In this document: piece after piece, positions 63,512 to 64,000 of the stretch | Numbering within the stretch: position 1 is the first letter of the stretch | How the letters are laid out: each line of letters opens with the position of its first letter | Origin: Phoronis australis | Lineage: Eukaryota > Animalia > Phoronida | NCBI GenBank assembly: GCA_002633005.1 | Contig: NMRA01000070.1 | Location: 277,575-341,574, forward strand | DNA: 64,000 nt | Direction: 5' to 3' | The notes under the pieces: model-generated | Database searches by the model: none | The model's input: only the letters and a program-made list of their open reading frames with translations | Told to the model about the DNA's origin: nothing | Program-made: the position numbers and the translations under genes

Positions 63512-64000
63512 CATTCGTACATTTACAGTAACGTTCACCTCAGAGGACGGGGAATTTGAGGCTACGACATTCATCTCGTAAGCCAATGTTAGCACATTAT
63601 ATTACTAAGATCGGGTCTAGTTATCTCCACGTGTAACCATATGCGAGTATACTTTCAGGAAACGAATAGCATCTTGGACATCAAAAGCAATGCCAAGCGA
63701 CCGTTTACGTATTCATGCTTTCCTTTCTCGTAAACTGTTGGTCTCTTTGCTGAACTATTTTTGAGCGGATTCACGAAATGTTGCCAATTTCCACGGCGTT
63801 TTGACTGGAGATCTAGGCAAAGATGGTATCTTACTTCTATGTGAGCCGATTCGTGGATGAGACGGACTCGCCACCTGGCGTTGGTCATAAGCCAACATTA
63901 GATCATGTGCTACTGCGAGGATAGGAATGTATCTGCGAGGACAGGAATGTGCCTCTTCGCTGAGCCGAAGCGCACCGTTTCTTCACTATATTTGTTAATT

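Overview
AT-rich animal genomic DNA, most likely a marine invertebrate and probably a lophotrochozoan (inference only), with three assembly gaps. The main gene is a complete Nischarin orthologue on the + strand (33160-54933). It has 14 coding exons that splice in frame to 1647 aa, with a PX domain, LRRs and a 3.3-kb terminal exon. The left end holds the last exons of an ShKT (ShK toxin-like) domain gene (607-750 and 8220-8374), with an inverted pair of Penelope-like GIY-YIG fragments in the intervening intron. Degenerate ShKT-like coding sequence also appears near 63.2 kb. The 12-33 kb interval is repeat-rich: a TIR element family, a 16-kb structure with long inverted arms, four decayed tandem copies of an exon-like unit, Helentron-type (HINE-like) elements and MITEs. 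The most notable find is a ~470-bp miniature LTR retrotransposon (TRIM) in Nischarin intron 1. It has a tRNA-Ser primer-binding site and a polypurine tract, and its LTRs carry a tRNA-Asn-like Pol III A/B-box promoter.
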